DNA of 60,179 bases, counting the filler, from Nemertoderma westbladi (Eukaryota; Animalia; Xenacoelomorpha), in the NCBI GenBank assembly GCA_032718475.1. It is 3 parts of 3 records of this genome, joined end to end, with 100 filler letters (N's around TTAATTAATTAA, not from the genome) between each part and the next. Parts side by side here need not be neighbours in the genome. Positions count along the whole stretch, not along the records: positions 1 to 25,232 come from JAUCBJ010000978.1; 2 more parts are not named here. The stretch is one strand, 5' to 3'. Positions 1-12,618 of the stretch are shown here, piece by piece (the first letter of the stretch is position 1; every line of letters begins with the position of its first letter). The translations under genes and the position numbers were made by a program. The notes under the pieces are model-generated. The model saw nothing but the letters and a program-made list of their open reading frames with translations, ran no database searches and was not told where the DNA came from.

Positions 1-262
1 ACTATTGCGGGTTGCGTGGCATATTCAAAATGATGTAGTATTTGGTTTGGTACTGCATTTTTTTTTCCAATTCAAGGTTCTGTTTTCAGCTACAATATCT
101 AAGAGGAGCATCTGTAAATCTGCAAGAGCCCAGCAAGGATTGCCATAGAGCCGCAAAATTACTAGTTGTAATTTCCTCCACAGCTGCACGGAAAAGCTGC
201 AATTTAAAGAGCTTTAAGGATGCTTTCATTTTGCGGATGCGGGGGTCATCTACCGAACATCT
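1..262 (-). pseudogene. Highly degenerate RTE-like LINE RT C-terminal fragment
   Basis: Minus-strand frames give 'KLFKLQLFRAAVE' and, after a frameshift, 'LYGNPCWAL'; these resemble 'KLKVRLFKAAVVPVLLYGSQCWAL' of the RTE copy at 12631-13509. Confidence 0.4.
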
Positions 263-429
263 TTCTCATCCATGAGCACAGATAAAAAAAATAATTGCTG
301 TAATATTGATGTTGAAACATTGAATTAGACAGATAGGCGGACATCGCACAAGGATTTTATGCTTACTAAACGTTATAGAAGAGTGACTTACATCATAGTC
401 CCATATGCTAAATATAATTTGAAAATAAG

Positions 430-885
430 GTAGCACTTTGTGACGGTTTGTATTGTAAACATATATATAAATTATACATATAGTGAGACACAAAATGTAA
501 CATAGGGGTCAGCTATTCATACAAGCCGTACTATTCTGACAAAAATTTACAGAAATTGGGCATCCTGAAAATTTAAAAACAAGCGCATCTCTTAGAAGAC
601 ATATTAAGTTGTACGGATATTAAGTTTTGTTAATTTACTATGTATTTAAATGGTAAAATAATTAAAAAAATGTAATTTCTAAAATTATCGAAAAATGACT
701 TACACTTTTATTTTAAAAGATAATTTAAGTGGATTTATATGTTTAATATATGGAAGAATCAATGCTAAAAATTATTTATCAATGCAGATAGCGGTTCTTG
801 TTATTAAATTTTGCATATGTAGATTCAAAATACAAAGGTAGCAGTACCGTCATTATTTAACAAATATTAATTGATTTATTCGAAA
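430..885 (+). repeat. Diverged direct copy of the TIR arm at 1550-2000
   Basis: Shares tagcaytttgygacggtttg...caaaatgtaacata...aagataatttaagtggatt...gtagattcaaaatacaaaggtagca with 1551-1975. Confidence 0.8.
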
Positions 886-1501
886 TCTAACAATTTATTA
901 TCACAACGTTTTTATAGAAATAGTATTATTTTTCCCCGTGGAAACATATTAACCATAAAAATGTAACAGAAGCTATTATTCTGAAACATTAATATTTTAT
1001 AATTTTTCCAGAAGTAAATTTTCAGATTATGTATTTAATAGGTATTTCTTTCAGTTTCATGATAATTTCCTAAATTGTTGTTTATTAATTTAAAGCATAA
1101 AACGTTTTACATCTCTAACTGCTATTAGAAAATCAACGCTACTTTCTATTAAATTATTCAAGTCATATTCAAATTATTTATTTACTCAAACAGCCAATTT
1201 ATTATTGAAGTATGAAAATCTGGGGATATGGCAATGGTGTATAGAAGGTAATTGCTTTCCTTGATATCGTAAAGTACGGAACGCCAGTAGTAGCTATCCA
1301 GTTTACCCATAATAAAAAAAGGTAAGACAAACTGAAAGAGAGAAGAGCTACATCGAGATGAATTAAATTTACTGATAGCCATACCCTGAAGGCTTACACT
1401 AACGCATGACTCGCCCCTTATGCTTCTGTGTCTGGCACAATTTACCATTGCACATTATACTGATGCCTGGCATGTATTTGATTCACCTGAATCAACAAAA
1501 C

Positions 1502-4500
1502 CGCTTTCTCAAATAAGTATTAGTCAATAACGCTAAATAAAACAATAAAGTAGCATTTTGCGACGGTTTGTGTTTTAAACATATATATAAATTATACATA
1601 TATTGAAACACAAAATGTAACATACATGTCAGCTACTCTTACAAGCCATATTATTTTCACGAAAAATTTCACAAAAATAACATCCTGATCATTTTAAATC
1701 AACCCCATCTATTATAACGGTTATTAAGGTGTATGAATATATAAGTTCCGCAGCTTTTCAATGTATTTCAGTAGCAAAATTATTCAAAAATCAAAATTTC
1801 AAAAATTATCAAAAACATAACTTCCCCTTTATTTTAAAAGATAATTTAAGTGGATTCATAAGTTGAATGCATAGGAGAATCAAAGCAAAGAATTACTTAT
1901 CAACCCACTTAACGTTTAATATTATTAAATTTTCCATATGTAGATTCAAAATACAAAGGTAGCAATACCGTCACTATTTAACAATTTATAATTGATTTAT
2001 TCATAATTTAATTAATTAAATTAATTAAATTTAATTAATTTAATTAAGAAAACATGCAGTTTTAATTAAATAGATATTAATTCTTCTCAATAAAACAATT
2101 AATGGGTGGGTATGCGAAATATACAGTATACTGTAATATGATTTGCAAACAAAAATATTAAACAATTTACATGACTACGAATTGTATATCGTCTTTGTAT
2201 ATCAAGCAATAAAGTCAATTATTATATTATTAATTGGCAACAAAGATCAATTATTTTATTCCAAACTTGGATTCTATTGCAAGGGATTGATTTGACCGCA
2301 CTGGTGTGAACTACAGATCGATTTCTCTACGATTTCTCGCGAACTCTTTCATTTTCTGTGACAGTTTACTGTGCGCGATATTGCTCTCGAAGATCAGCTC
2401 TCGAACCGCGGAGAAACTTCGTGGTTTTCTTTACAGACGTGGTCCTCTCTGAAGCTGATAATTCCACTTCCAACAGGTTAAATAATAGTTGTTTTAACTT
2501 TTATTTATTTTCTTTTAAAACGTTTATATTTTGATTGTATAAAGGTTGGCTGGCAGCTGACAATGGCTAATTGTACATTGTATATATTATTAAACTTACT
2601 CTAGAACGAAATAATTAATTCATAATAATTCAGATACGGCAGACTTTCGACGCGACGACAGAAATCATCCCTCCTCCTAGTGGAAAATCGGCGCTGATTA
2701 CTCCCAAAATTAAAACTGTCACCTGTACTAATGACTTTAGTTTATTGTATTGGTTAGAATAACGCATCACTGCAACCCGCTACCTTCCCTTTCTACTTTT
2801 CCCTAGTAGATAATTTAACATTGCAACAAGATATAAATATAAATGAGGACTACTTGCGCCAATGTATATGTTTGATTTAATGGTGCAAATTGATTGCAAA
2901 CATATTTTAATAATAATATTAATAATAAATAATTAGTAATCTAATATGAAGCTGTTACAAATAATATTTAAGTACAATATTTACATTACGTGCTAATAAA
3001 TTCCTTTCCCAAGCTAATATTTTTCTTACTACACACCACATAACAGCATTTGGTTAATTAAATGCAGCTTATTTACTGTTCTCTGATTGGGCGAGACCAG
3101 ACGTCTATTAAATGGTTGGCGTATAAGACATTTAAGGAAAGGTGGGTTGACTCATTGTATTGTGTTATCAAGGTGTAGGGCCTACGTACACCTTATGTGT
3201 TATGCATTGTATTGTGCATTCTGTCCAATTGTTCGTTGACAAGCAACCACATACAGTCATAATAAACTCGAATAAATAAACAACCTGTTAGGCCTACCAA
3301 ATGCAGTACAGCAGTAGTAGCCTCTCCTCTACTACCACTACCACACATCAACAGATGGGCTTGAGTTGGTATTAGTTTTTTTATTTACAGTTTGTTGGTA
3401 GTAGGCCTACTGTAGTACATTGTCGATGTTGAAGCGCAGGCGATCACTGAAGGCACTTTTGGCGCTACTTTAATGTGAGATTCACTTACAATCTGCCTTT
3501 CGCTCTGGCGAAACACACTCGGAATACCCATACCCAATGCTGAACTTTTCAACTGTTTCGAGACATCTGATTACGATTCTTCTACGACCTGCCGTTCCCT
3601 GAATAAGACTTCGCTATCAAAAAAAATGTGGTCTTGGCGTCTTAGAATCGAAGTTGGTAAAGGAAACATCAGCTCCGGTGAGAAGAACAACTGAAGTAAA
3701 CAACTGACTGACTGAGTTCCTCCGCTGTTAGAGAGCGCTATATCGCGCACAGCAAATTGTAAGAGTTCGAGAAACTGGAAGAGTTCGCGAGAAATCGTAG
3801 ATAAATTGTAACAATTTATCTACGATTTCTCGCGAACTACAGAACAGTTCTGTAGTTCAACAGCGTGGTGGCCCACTCCCTCCCGATAATTTCTTCATAT
3901 TTTTAATAATAATTTTAAACTAAAGATAATTTCTTCGATTGAGTGTTTGGAATAAACGTATACGCACGTATACTGAGCGGCCCGGAGGCTGACCTCTCAG
4001 CATATGGATTCTGTCGCCGCCGCCGTAACGAACATGCATCACACAGACTCCACGAAACAGATGGGATTGGAGGATAAAAACCAATAATGACTTACATCAA
4101 CCAAACAAACTGCCGTCTAATGTAATACACAGTCGCCTAAGCAGACAACTCACAATCACATCCTGATCCGCAACCTGGGAAATTGTTATATATTGTCGGT
4201 ACTGCTACCTTTGTATTTTGAATCTACATATGCAACATTTAATAATATTAATCGTTAAGTAGGTTGATAAGTAATTTTTAGCTTTGATTCTCCCATATAT
4301 TAAACTTATAAATCCACTTCAAATATATTTTAAAATAAAGGGGAAGTTATCTTTTTGATAGTTTTTGAAATTTAAATATTTTAATTATTTTACTATTGAA
4401 ATACATTGGAAAATTAACAAGACTTAATATTCATACACCTTAATAACCGTTATAATAGATGGGGTTGATTTAAAATTATCAGGATGTTATTTTTGTGAAA

Positions 4501-4665
4501 TTTTTCGTGAAAATAATATGGCTTGTAAGAGTAGCTGACATGTATGTTACATTTTGTGTTTCAATATATTTATAATTTATATATATGTTTAAAATACAAA
4601 CCGTCGCAAAATGCTACCTTGTTGTTCTATTTAGCGTTATTGACTAATACTTATTTGGGAAAGCG
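1502..4665. mobile_element. Non-autonomous foldback/long-TIR element (~470-bp arms) with a nested inner TIR pair
   Basis: 1502-1975 is the reverse complement of ~4195-4665 (cgctttctcaaataagtattagtcaataacgctaaata vs tatttagcgttattgactaatacttatttgggaaagcg). An inner inverted pair lies at ~2300-2390 / ~3730-3860. No transposase ORF. Confidence 0.7.
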
Positions 4666-5274
4666 ATCCAGCAACAATACTATACATTGGCTTATATTAG
4701 AAGCGAAATACAAATATATTTTTTTTACGATAACTGTTTTAAGTAACACGAATTAATTACAATTACTCTATCTGTTTCGAAACAGGTCAGATAAGTAGGG
4801 GGGGGGGGGGGGGGGGGGATAAACACCCTCTGGTTAAAATATTAGTTTGTTTTTCTTATCTTTTCTGGTGTATAATTTGATTAGTATTTACGGTTTTCAC
4901 TTTCAGGCATGTCGACCCTTAGCGACAGGCTGGTGAACTGCCGAATAATATACGTCCTCCCAAACACGCAACCGCCTGTGGTGTAATCTATATATGCCAT
5001 GCATCAGCTCGAAAAGATTAAAAACAACAAAAACGCAGGACTTTTTCACCTTCAGACATTCCACCTACTACCGGTAGACTAGAGAACTTCAGCTTCCTCC
5101 CAAACACGAATCCAATCTTGTAGTAGATATTTCCCCAGTATCAGCTCAAAAACAATAAAATTGGTGATGGGAATGGTTTCACTCTCAGAGATTACACACC
5201 CAAGCAGCAGATTGAAGAACTGTAGGCTGGTCGGCGTCCTCTCACTCAAACAGGCAGCGTAAGATCTCTGTGGT

Positions 5275-5300
5275 ACATACATACATACATACATACATAC
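5275..5300. repeat. (CATA)n microsatellite
   Basis: Visible tacatacatacatac run. Confidence 0.9.
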
Positions 5301-5562
5301 CTGCAAAGTTTCAGTTAGAACAGCCTTAGTCTTAGTCTAATGGTGAAACTGCAGTTACAAAGTCGCCTGAGTCCTGATTGCTGACCAGTAATATATTTTG
5401 GCCTAAAACGATGCAAAATAATCCACTTTGACCACATTCGATTCACGCAAACAAATACTTAAAATATGACGAGATAGTGACGTTGCTCAAGTTAGCTTTC
5501 TATTATTGTATCGCGAGACAGACAGACTGAGATTTATAAGACTTAAAGTCATGGATTTTATA

Positions 5563-5924
5563 TTGGACGGATCCATCATGGATGTTGGACGGATCCGTCA
5601 TGGATGTTGGACGGATTCGTCATGGATGTTGGACGGATCCATCACGGATGTTGGACGGATCCGTCATGGATGTTGGACGGATCCGTCATGGATGTTGGAC
5701 GGATCCGTCAAGGAAGTTGGACGGATCCGTCATGGATGTTGGACGGATCCATCATGGATGTTGGACGGATCCATCATGGATGTTGGACGGATCCGTCATG
5801 GATGTTGGACGGATCCGTCATGGATGTTGGACGGATCCATCATGGATGTTGGACGGATCCGTCATGGATGTTGGATGGATCCGTCATGGATGTTGGACGG
5901 ATCCATCATGGATGTTGGATGGAT
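5563..5924. repeat. 22-bp tandem minisatellite, ~16 copies (TTGGACGGATCCGTCATGGATG)
   Basis: Unit directly visible; it explains the three overlapping ORFs with the same 22-aa period. Confidence 0.95.
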
Positions 5925-7491
5925 ATATTTCGAATAATTTTAGATAGATTTCGATAGATAGATTTCGTAATTTGCGTCATTATCAATGCATACTACACAT
6001 AGTTCTATCGAAATACGAAAATAAGTGGCCTAATTTGTAATGACTGGAAATTGCAGAATAAAACTAGCACAAAATCGCACAGACTAAATACTGAAATAGC
6101 ACGGCGGTACTCTACTACTATAATAACAGTGGCCTTCTACGTCCTACATACAGAAGCTAGGGACCCCCAATTATTCTACTACATTATATATTTCTCAATA
6201 GCAGTCTTACATATGTTTCCTTACATTTTCAGATATCACTAAATTCCATATAGTAATTTCACTTTGCTACTAATGGGCTACAGTATTATTTAATATAATT
6301 AAGGATAACAAAATGTAGCATTTTATAGCGGTTTGCATATTCGCTATATGTACAAATTCTATATATAGAAATAATCTGTGTTTTTAAAGATATCTCGAAA
6401 TGCTACCATCACCACTCCCAAAGTTTAATATATATAAGTAGCATAGCCGTCAAATCTTCCCATTAACTGAAGGGTTTTTGTATATTCAGTTTCAGAATAC
6501 AAAAATTATATGTATATTGACCATAGCAGCCGAACCATGATGATTTGCAAAAAGCAATTTGTTTCCAATGTTAGACATTTTGATTTATTTAATAATAAAA
6601 TAGTTAAATAAAATGTATTAGATAATAAAATTAAAATATAAGAAATGTTAATATAAAACCATATGTATGTCTTTGAAATATATATTAGTGACGGTTCTGC
6701 TACATTTTGTGTATATATATATATATAGATATACGTTCGGGCTGAAGGGCCACTTTTGTATATCAAAAGTGGCCCTATTGCGACTTGGGGGGTATTAAAA
6801 AGTGGCCCTTTAGCCCCTTTTTGGCCCTTTAGCCCGAAACCGCAAACGGGCTTGGATGGCCCTTTGTGTATATCCTTCCTCTAAAAAGTTATGCACCTTC
6901 ATTTTATTACTAAATGAAAACACAATTTTCGGGCCACTTACCAAAATGTATAAAATGGAATTAGGGCCAAAAAAGTCAAAAGGGCCAAAATTTGCCAAAA
7001 TTGGCCCTCTTACTGTCTGGAATAATATATCATTGGCCCGAACTGAGCTTACTATATAGTGAAGAAAGAAAGGGCCATAACAGGCCCTATTTGATGTGAC
7101 TTCATATGAAATTTATCAAATTAGTTGAGAAGGAAACGGGCCGAACTGAAAATGAGATAAATAACATTAGGGCCATTATACAGTGGCCCTTTTGAATCCA
7201 ATTTGATCCTACAAATAAACTGAGCTGAGAATTTGAGTGGCCCACTTGTTTCAAAATTGATTTATTAAATAAAATGACCCGAAGAAGGGGCCATTTTTAC
7301 TATCATAAAGAATGAGATTAACAACATTAGGGCCATAAATATACATTGATCAAAATGGGGGGAGGGGGTGTCATGTGGTTAATTCTATAGAACTAAATCT
7401 TAGAACTTTCTTGTTTATTGAAAATATTATTTTCTATTTAGTTATTTATTTAATTTATTGATACAAAGGTTGATGGACTTGTTAGCATTCA

Positions 7492-8564
7492 CCCTTTCGG
7501 TACCATGGCACATACGTCTGATCCATGGGTAGAGCGCCTTCACACATACGTCTGTTCCGTGACATTTATTCGATTTCTAAGAAGGGAAAATGTTGCTGGA
7601 CTATTAAGTACATGCTTCTATATGTTAGCGGCGCATTTCAGCTTGTATCTACTGTAATTTAACTACGGTACGCCTACTGCAGACCTGCTTACAGACTGCC
7701 AGGCTGCAGCAATAAGGTAAACTGTGTTGTTAGTTTTCAAATTTGACAGACTGACCGTCAGACCAGACCGACAGACGGTCTGGATAGGGTCAAAAGTGAA
7801 AACTGACAGCGGAAATGACATCCTGGACCAGGAAAACCCCCATAGCGATAATTTTAATTAGCTAACGTGATTCCTTATATTTTTGACGGACAGACTGACA
7901 GACAGTCGACAGACCGACCGACAGACTGTCTGGATAGGGTAAAAAGTGAAAACTGACAGCGGAAATGAAATCCTTGACCAGGAAAACCCCCATAGCGATA
8001 ATTTTAATTAGCTAATGTAATTCCTTATATTTTTGACGGACAGACTGACCGACAGACAGACCGACAGACAGACTGGATATGGTGAAAAGTTAAAACTGAC
8101 CTCGGAAATGAAATCCTTGACCAGGAAAACCCCCATAGCGATAATTTTAATTAGCTAATGTAATTCCTTATATTTTTGACGGACAGACTGACCGACAGAC
8201 CGACAGACAGACTGGATAGGGTGAAGAGTTAAAACTGACCTCGGAAATGAAATCCTTGACCAGGAAAACCCCCTTAGCGAGAATTTTAATTAGCTAATGC
8301 GATTCCTTATATTTTTGACGGACAGACTGACAGATAGACCGACAGACAGACTGACAGACAGTCTGGATAGGGTCAAAAGTGAAAACTGACAGCGGAAATG
8401 AAATCCTTGAGCAGGAAACCCCTATAGGGAGAATGTTAGTAGATTTTACTATTTCTAAAGTCTTGACAGACAAACTGACAGAAAGACAGACAGACTTCAG
8501 AAATTCATGAATTAGACTTGGGCACTTGGGGATTTGAATAATTTCCAGTTAGGTACCGAAAGGG
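7492..8564. mobile_element. piggyBac-like MITE carrying five ~145-bp tandem repeats
   Basis: TIR CCCTTTCGGTACC / GGTACCGAAAGGG, flanked by TTCA (left) and TTAA (right). Repeat marker tggata at 7781, 7931, 8074, ~8213, 8364, with GACA/GACC microsatellite in each unit. Confidence 0.7.
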
Positions 8565-8654
8565 TTAAAAGCTAACAAAAGCTAGGTTCACCCAGCATTC
8601 ACCAACCGCACCGCTTAACCGTAGACCGAGACCCGCATATAAAACGGAGTATTG

Positions 8655-8776
8655 AACAACTGACTATATTAAATGGGGTATCTAAAAGCTAAAACAACTG
8701 ACTATATTAAATGGGGTATCTAAAAGCTAAAACAACTGACTATATTAAACGGGGTATCTAAAAGCTAAAACAACTA
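8655..8776. repeat. ~38-bp tandem repeat x3
   Basis: aacaactgactatattaaatggggtatctaaaagctaa repeated three times. Confidence 0.9.
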
Positions 8777-9060
8777 ATATACAAATATAACTAATAAATA
8801 AATATAACTAATATACAAATAGCTACCCAACAGTGAAATATTTCCACAAAATATTCGAGAACACAAAATCATTTTAACATTGAATAAGGCAGCATCAGGA
8901 GTTGAAGAGTACAATAATTTGAATCGCAGTAACTATGGAAGCAATATAGTAAAATACTACAGTTAAATTTATTTTGTAGCACTACTGTACTTTAGTATAT
9001 CGCTATGTTTTATTAAAGAATTTAGCAACAAAAAAGTATCAATTTAAGAATAAAGTTACG

Positions 9061-9191
9061 TATTACATGGGAAAAAAACGTAGAACATTTTTTTTTCAAT
9101 ATTCTCTCGACCCTTTATTAACCTCATGCTCGGTAAATAAAATGCGTTGAGAATAATGAAAAAAAAATTCTACTTTTTTTACCATGTAATA
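9061..9191. mobile_element. Small hairpin MITE-like element
   Basis: TATTACATGG...tagaa...attctc matches gagaat...ttcta...CCATGTAATA as inverted arms. Confidence 0.55.
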
Positions 9192-10824
9192 AATAATTAT
9201 TTTGTAGCACCAATTCACATCCCCTGTGTCGGGATCAAGAGTAGTTATTTCGCGTTCGCGGATCTGAGCTGTGATGGCCCGCTTTGTTGACTTCTTTCGA
9301 CCCCGTAGAGTAGCCTCGGCGACAAACTCACCAATAATTTCTAATTATGCAATGCTCCTAGGTCACTCCTACCAAATTTCAGATGGAATCTGATGGTTGG
9401 TTCTACAATTACACAGCTACAGTACCTTTACGATTCTGTCAATTCGCCCCCCCCCCCCCCCCCCTAGCGGCAGACAAGGGAACTTTAAAGTCTGTCTGAA
9501 TTTAGAATTTCTAAATAAGCAATGCTTGTAGGTGTAGGTCACTCTTACCAAATTTCAAGAAGATATATCAACCATACATAAAATTATGTTCAAACAAAAA
9601 TAATGCATTATTAAAATTTGTATTATTTTAGTTTGGTTAACTGTGGTAATTACATTGCAAGTCTTACAATTCATATTACTATTCATGACATTTTTTTGAG
9701 AAAGTTTGACTGGCCCATTTGATTCAAAATTGATTTATTAAATTAAATGAACGGGAAAAGGGCCACCTTTACTATCATAAAGAATGAGATGATTTACATT
9801 AGGGCCACAAATATACATCTTTTACAGTGGCCCATTTGCATCCAAATTGATCTTACCAATAAACTGAGATGAAAAAGGGCCAGAATGAAATACAATGAGC
9901 TTAACAGCATTAGGGCCATACTGTAGCGCCGTGGAGATATTTATGGACAAGGCTCTTTAGAGCTAGAACATAGTAACGAATAACGAACATAAGAACTATA
10001 AAAGTCCGTCTAGGCATAGAATTTATAATTATGCAATTCTCCTTGTTCACTCCTACCAAATTTCAGATGGAATCTGATGGTTGGTTCTATAATTACACAG
10101 CTACTTCTACGATTCTGTCATTTCGCCCGCCTAGCGGCAGACAGGGGAACTTTAAAGTCTGTCTGTGTGTATAATTTCTACTTAAGCAACGGCGATAACT
10201 GCCCGATGAAGACATGGGAACTTGAAAGTCTAACTGTACAGTACATAAAATATGTTCAAACAAAAATAATGTTTATTAAAATCTACATTATTTTAGTTTT
10301 AGGTTAACTGAGGTAAATATTACATTGCAAGTCTTACAAATCATATTACTATTCATGTCATTTTTTGAGTAAGTTTGACTGGCCCATTTGATTCAAAATT
10401 GATTTATTAAATTAAATGAACGGGAAAAGGGCCACCTTTACTATCATAAAGAATGAGATGATTTACATTAGGGCCACAAATATACATCTTTTACAGTGGC
10501 CCATTTGCATCCAAATTTATCTTACAAATAAACTGCACTGTAAGAATGAAGAGAAATAAGATAGGGCCTGAGTTATATAGGTACACTATACCTACATATC
10601 TCACTTTATAGATATATAAGTTGGCCCTTTCGCTCGTTTTTTCATCTTTATGTATGTATATTAAAATGGTATATGTAGGAACATATATACACGAGATATG
10701 TAGATATACTAATGGCCCTTTTTACTTCCATTCAGTGTTATATAGGTACATAATACCCTTCATTTCAAAGATACATATCTATGGCCCTTTAGGCCGAACG
10801 TACATATATATATATATATAGATA

Positions 10825-11014
10825 TATAATAATATTTTAAGATTTCAAAAAGTGACAACTTATATGATCAATCACTAAAAATTTATTTTTTTATTATTAT
10901 TAGCTTTCGATAGCTCTGTGGAGAGCTATCGAAAGCTAATAATAATAAAAAAATAAATTTTTAGTGATTGATCATATAAGTTGTCACTTTTTGAAATCTT
11001 AAAATATTATTATA
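10825..11014. repeat. Perfect palindrome, 93-bp arms with 4-nt loop (GTGG)
   Basis: 10825-10917 is the reverse complement of 10922-11014. Confidence 0.95.
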
Positions 11015-11639
11015 CTAAAACAACTTGATCTCACACCCTACAGTCATATTCCCTAACTTTCTTTACTTAATTTAAACTTATATATAGATATATATATATA
11101 GATATATATATATAGATATTTCGAAATAACACCCATTGAAAAGGTCCATTACAAAGGCAGGGGAAAGAAAGATCAGCGACGGGAGATCCGTACAAGGGAA
11201 GGATACTGGCAGTGCACCTTAAGAACAATCAAGCCATTTGGTCTCAACACTATAAATGAAGCGGTTTGCAATAATTTCGGCTTAGACGTATTTAATCCAG
11301 ATTAGAGAACTCATTATGTAGACTAATGTACTGTAGACGCTTAATTTTCATGGAAACTGTAATGAATTAGCTATTTATTTATTTAATTATTTAAATCACT
11401 TGAAAAAGAAATATTATATTATTTCGAAAGCTTGTGTAATTTCTTATAATTTTTATTTAACGTGGTTGATCTTGGTTTCCTTACAATTATATTTATATAT
11501 ATATATAGATATATAGATAGCATGTTCAGCGTAACTATTCCTGTTATCAGCTAGTTCACTTATACAATGGTTCATATACAACTGTTTGTTATCTACTGCA
11601 GCTCCATCCAAAGTTATTTGGGGAGTCCTCCTGGGATAC

Positions 11640-12230
11640 ACACTGTACCATTGGTTGTCATATTAGTGGCGGATCACAACAAGAATTGGGTGATTAGTTC
11701 TCGAGATATTTCATAAAAAGCGTGGGCCTGCATTTCGCGCATCTATACCATCCATACCATGTAAATATTTTACTAAAAATATTACATTCAATGAACTTAC
11801 TGAATCACGAATAGGCTTATTCGAATCACAATGATAAAATGATTGGGTGTAGCTGTAGATACCATCAAATCAAGAATAATAATGTTAATAATGTTAATAC
11901 TTTTCTATTTCTATATTTTTCACGAAAGGTTTAGGGCAGCACAACTCAATGGTTCAGAGATCATTGGCATATTTATGACTGCCATATGTTGAATACTAAT
12001 TACTCTACTCATGTTTTGATGGTGTCTACATTGATCATTGCGAATGAGCCTATTATTCTTGATTCAGTCATGTCTTTGATTTATTATTTTGAGTGCAATT
12101 TATCTATGGAATTAAAACTGTATGACGGTTCGAGCTGGCCCACACTTTTTATTTAATATCTCGAACATCATTTTGCACAGATTTTTTGCATGTGATGTTT
12201 TTGCTGAAATTGGGGAACAATGGATGGTGG
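11640..12230. mobile_element. Old degenerate foldback/MITE
   Basis: tcgagatatttcataaaaagcgtgggcc vs ggcccacactttttatttaatatctcga, and actgaatcacgaataggct vs agcctattattcttgattcagt, in inverted orientation. Confidence 0.5.
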
Positions 12231-12618
12231 GAGCTTAAATTTGCGAAAAAAGTTTTTTCAACCCACCTTAGCAAAGAATCGACATTGTAATTGCGAGGTG
12301 CAAATTATTGCATTGTTTCACTTTTCTCAAAAAATATATTAATTTCTATTTTATCAACTATTCGTTTGACGCAGCAAACTTTGCTCTCGAGAAAGATTCG
12401 ACCGCGAGCAAGTTTCGCCCTCAAAATGAGTGTTAACAACCTAGTTTTTTGTTTTGGTTGGACAAATTCGTTTGTGTTTATTATTGTTTATTTCAGGCTA
12501 TACGGCCCATAGTAAAATATATATATATACACTAACACAAATGATACAAGACATATTAGTAATATAATTAAATAGCACATATTATTATCCTAACTAAATA
12601 TTCTACTGTATTGGTGAC

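Larger units (their letters stand above)
6732..10802. mobile_element. Non-autonomous short-TIR DNA transposon inserted in a (TA)n microsatellite
   Basis: 21-bp TIRs TACGTTCGGGCTGAAGGGCCA (6732) / TGGCCCTTTAGGCCGAACGTA (ends 10802), 19/21 match. (TA)n on both flanks, many GGGCC/GGCCC subterminal motifs, and an internal direct duplication ~9340-9900 / ~10025-10530. Confidence 0.7.

Noticed and set aside
1182-1448. Possible TM4/C-terminal exon of the Cys-loop gene
   Set aside because: Only generic hydrophobicity; no D-x-x-S-R-x-x-F-P motif and no intermediate exons found.
4096-4175. Possible next Cys-loop exon (ag...gtaagt on the minus strand)
   Set aside because: The phase-0 frame contains TGA before the donor, lacks family motifs, and lies inside a foldback element.
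5506-5957. Three overlapping repetitive ORFs as proteins
   Set aside because: Artefact of a stop-free 22-bp minisatellite read in all three frames.
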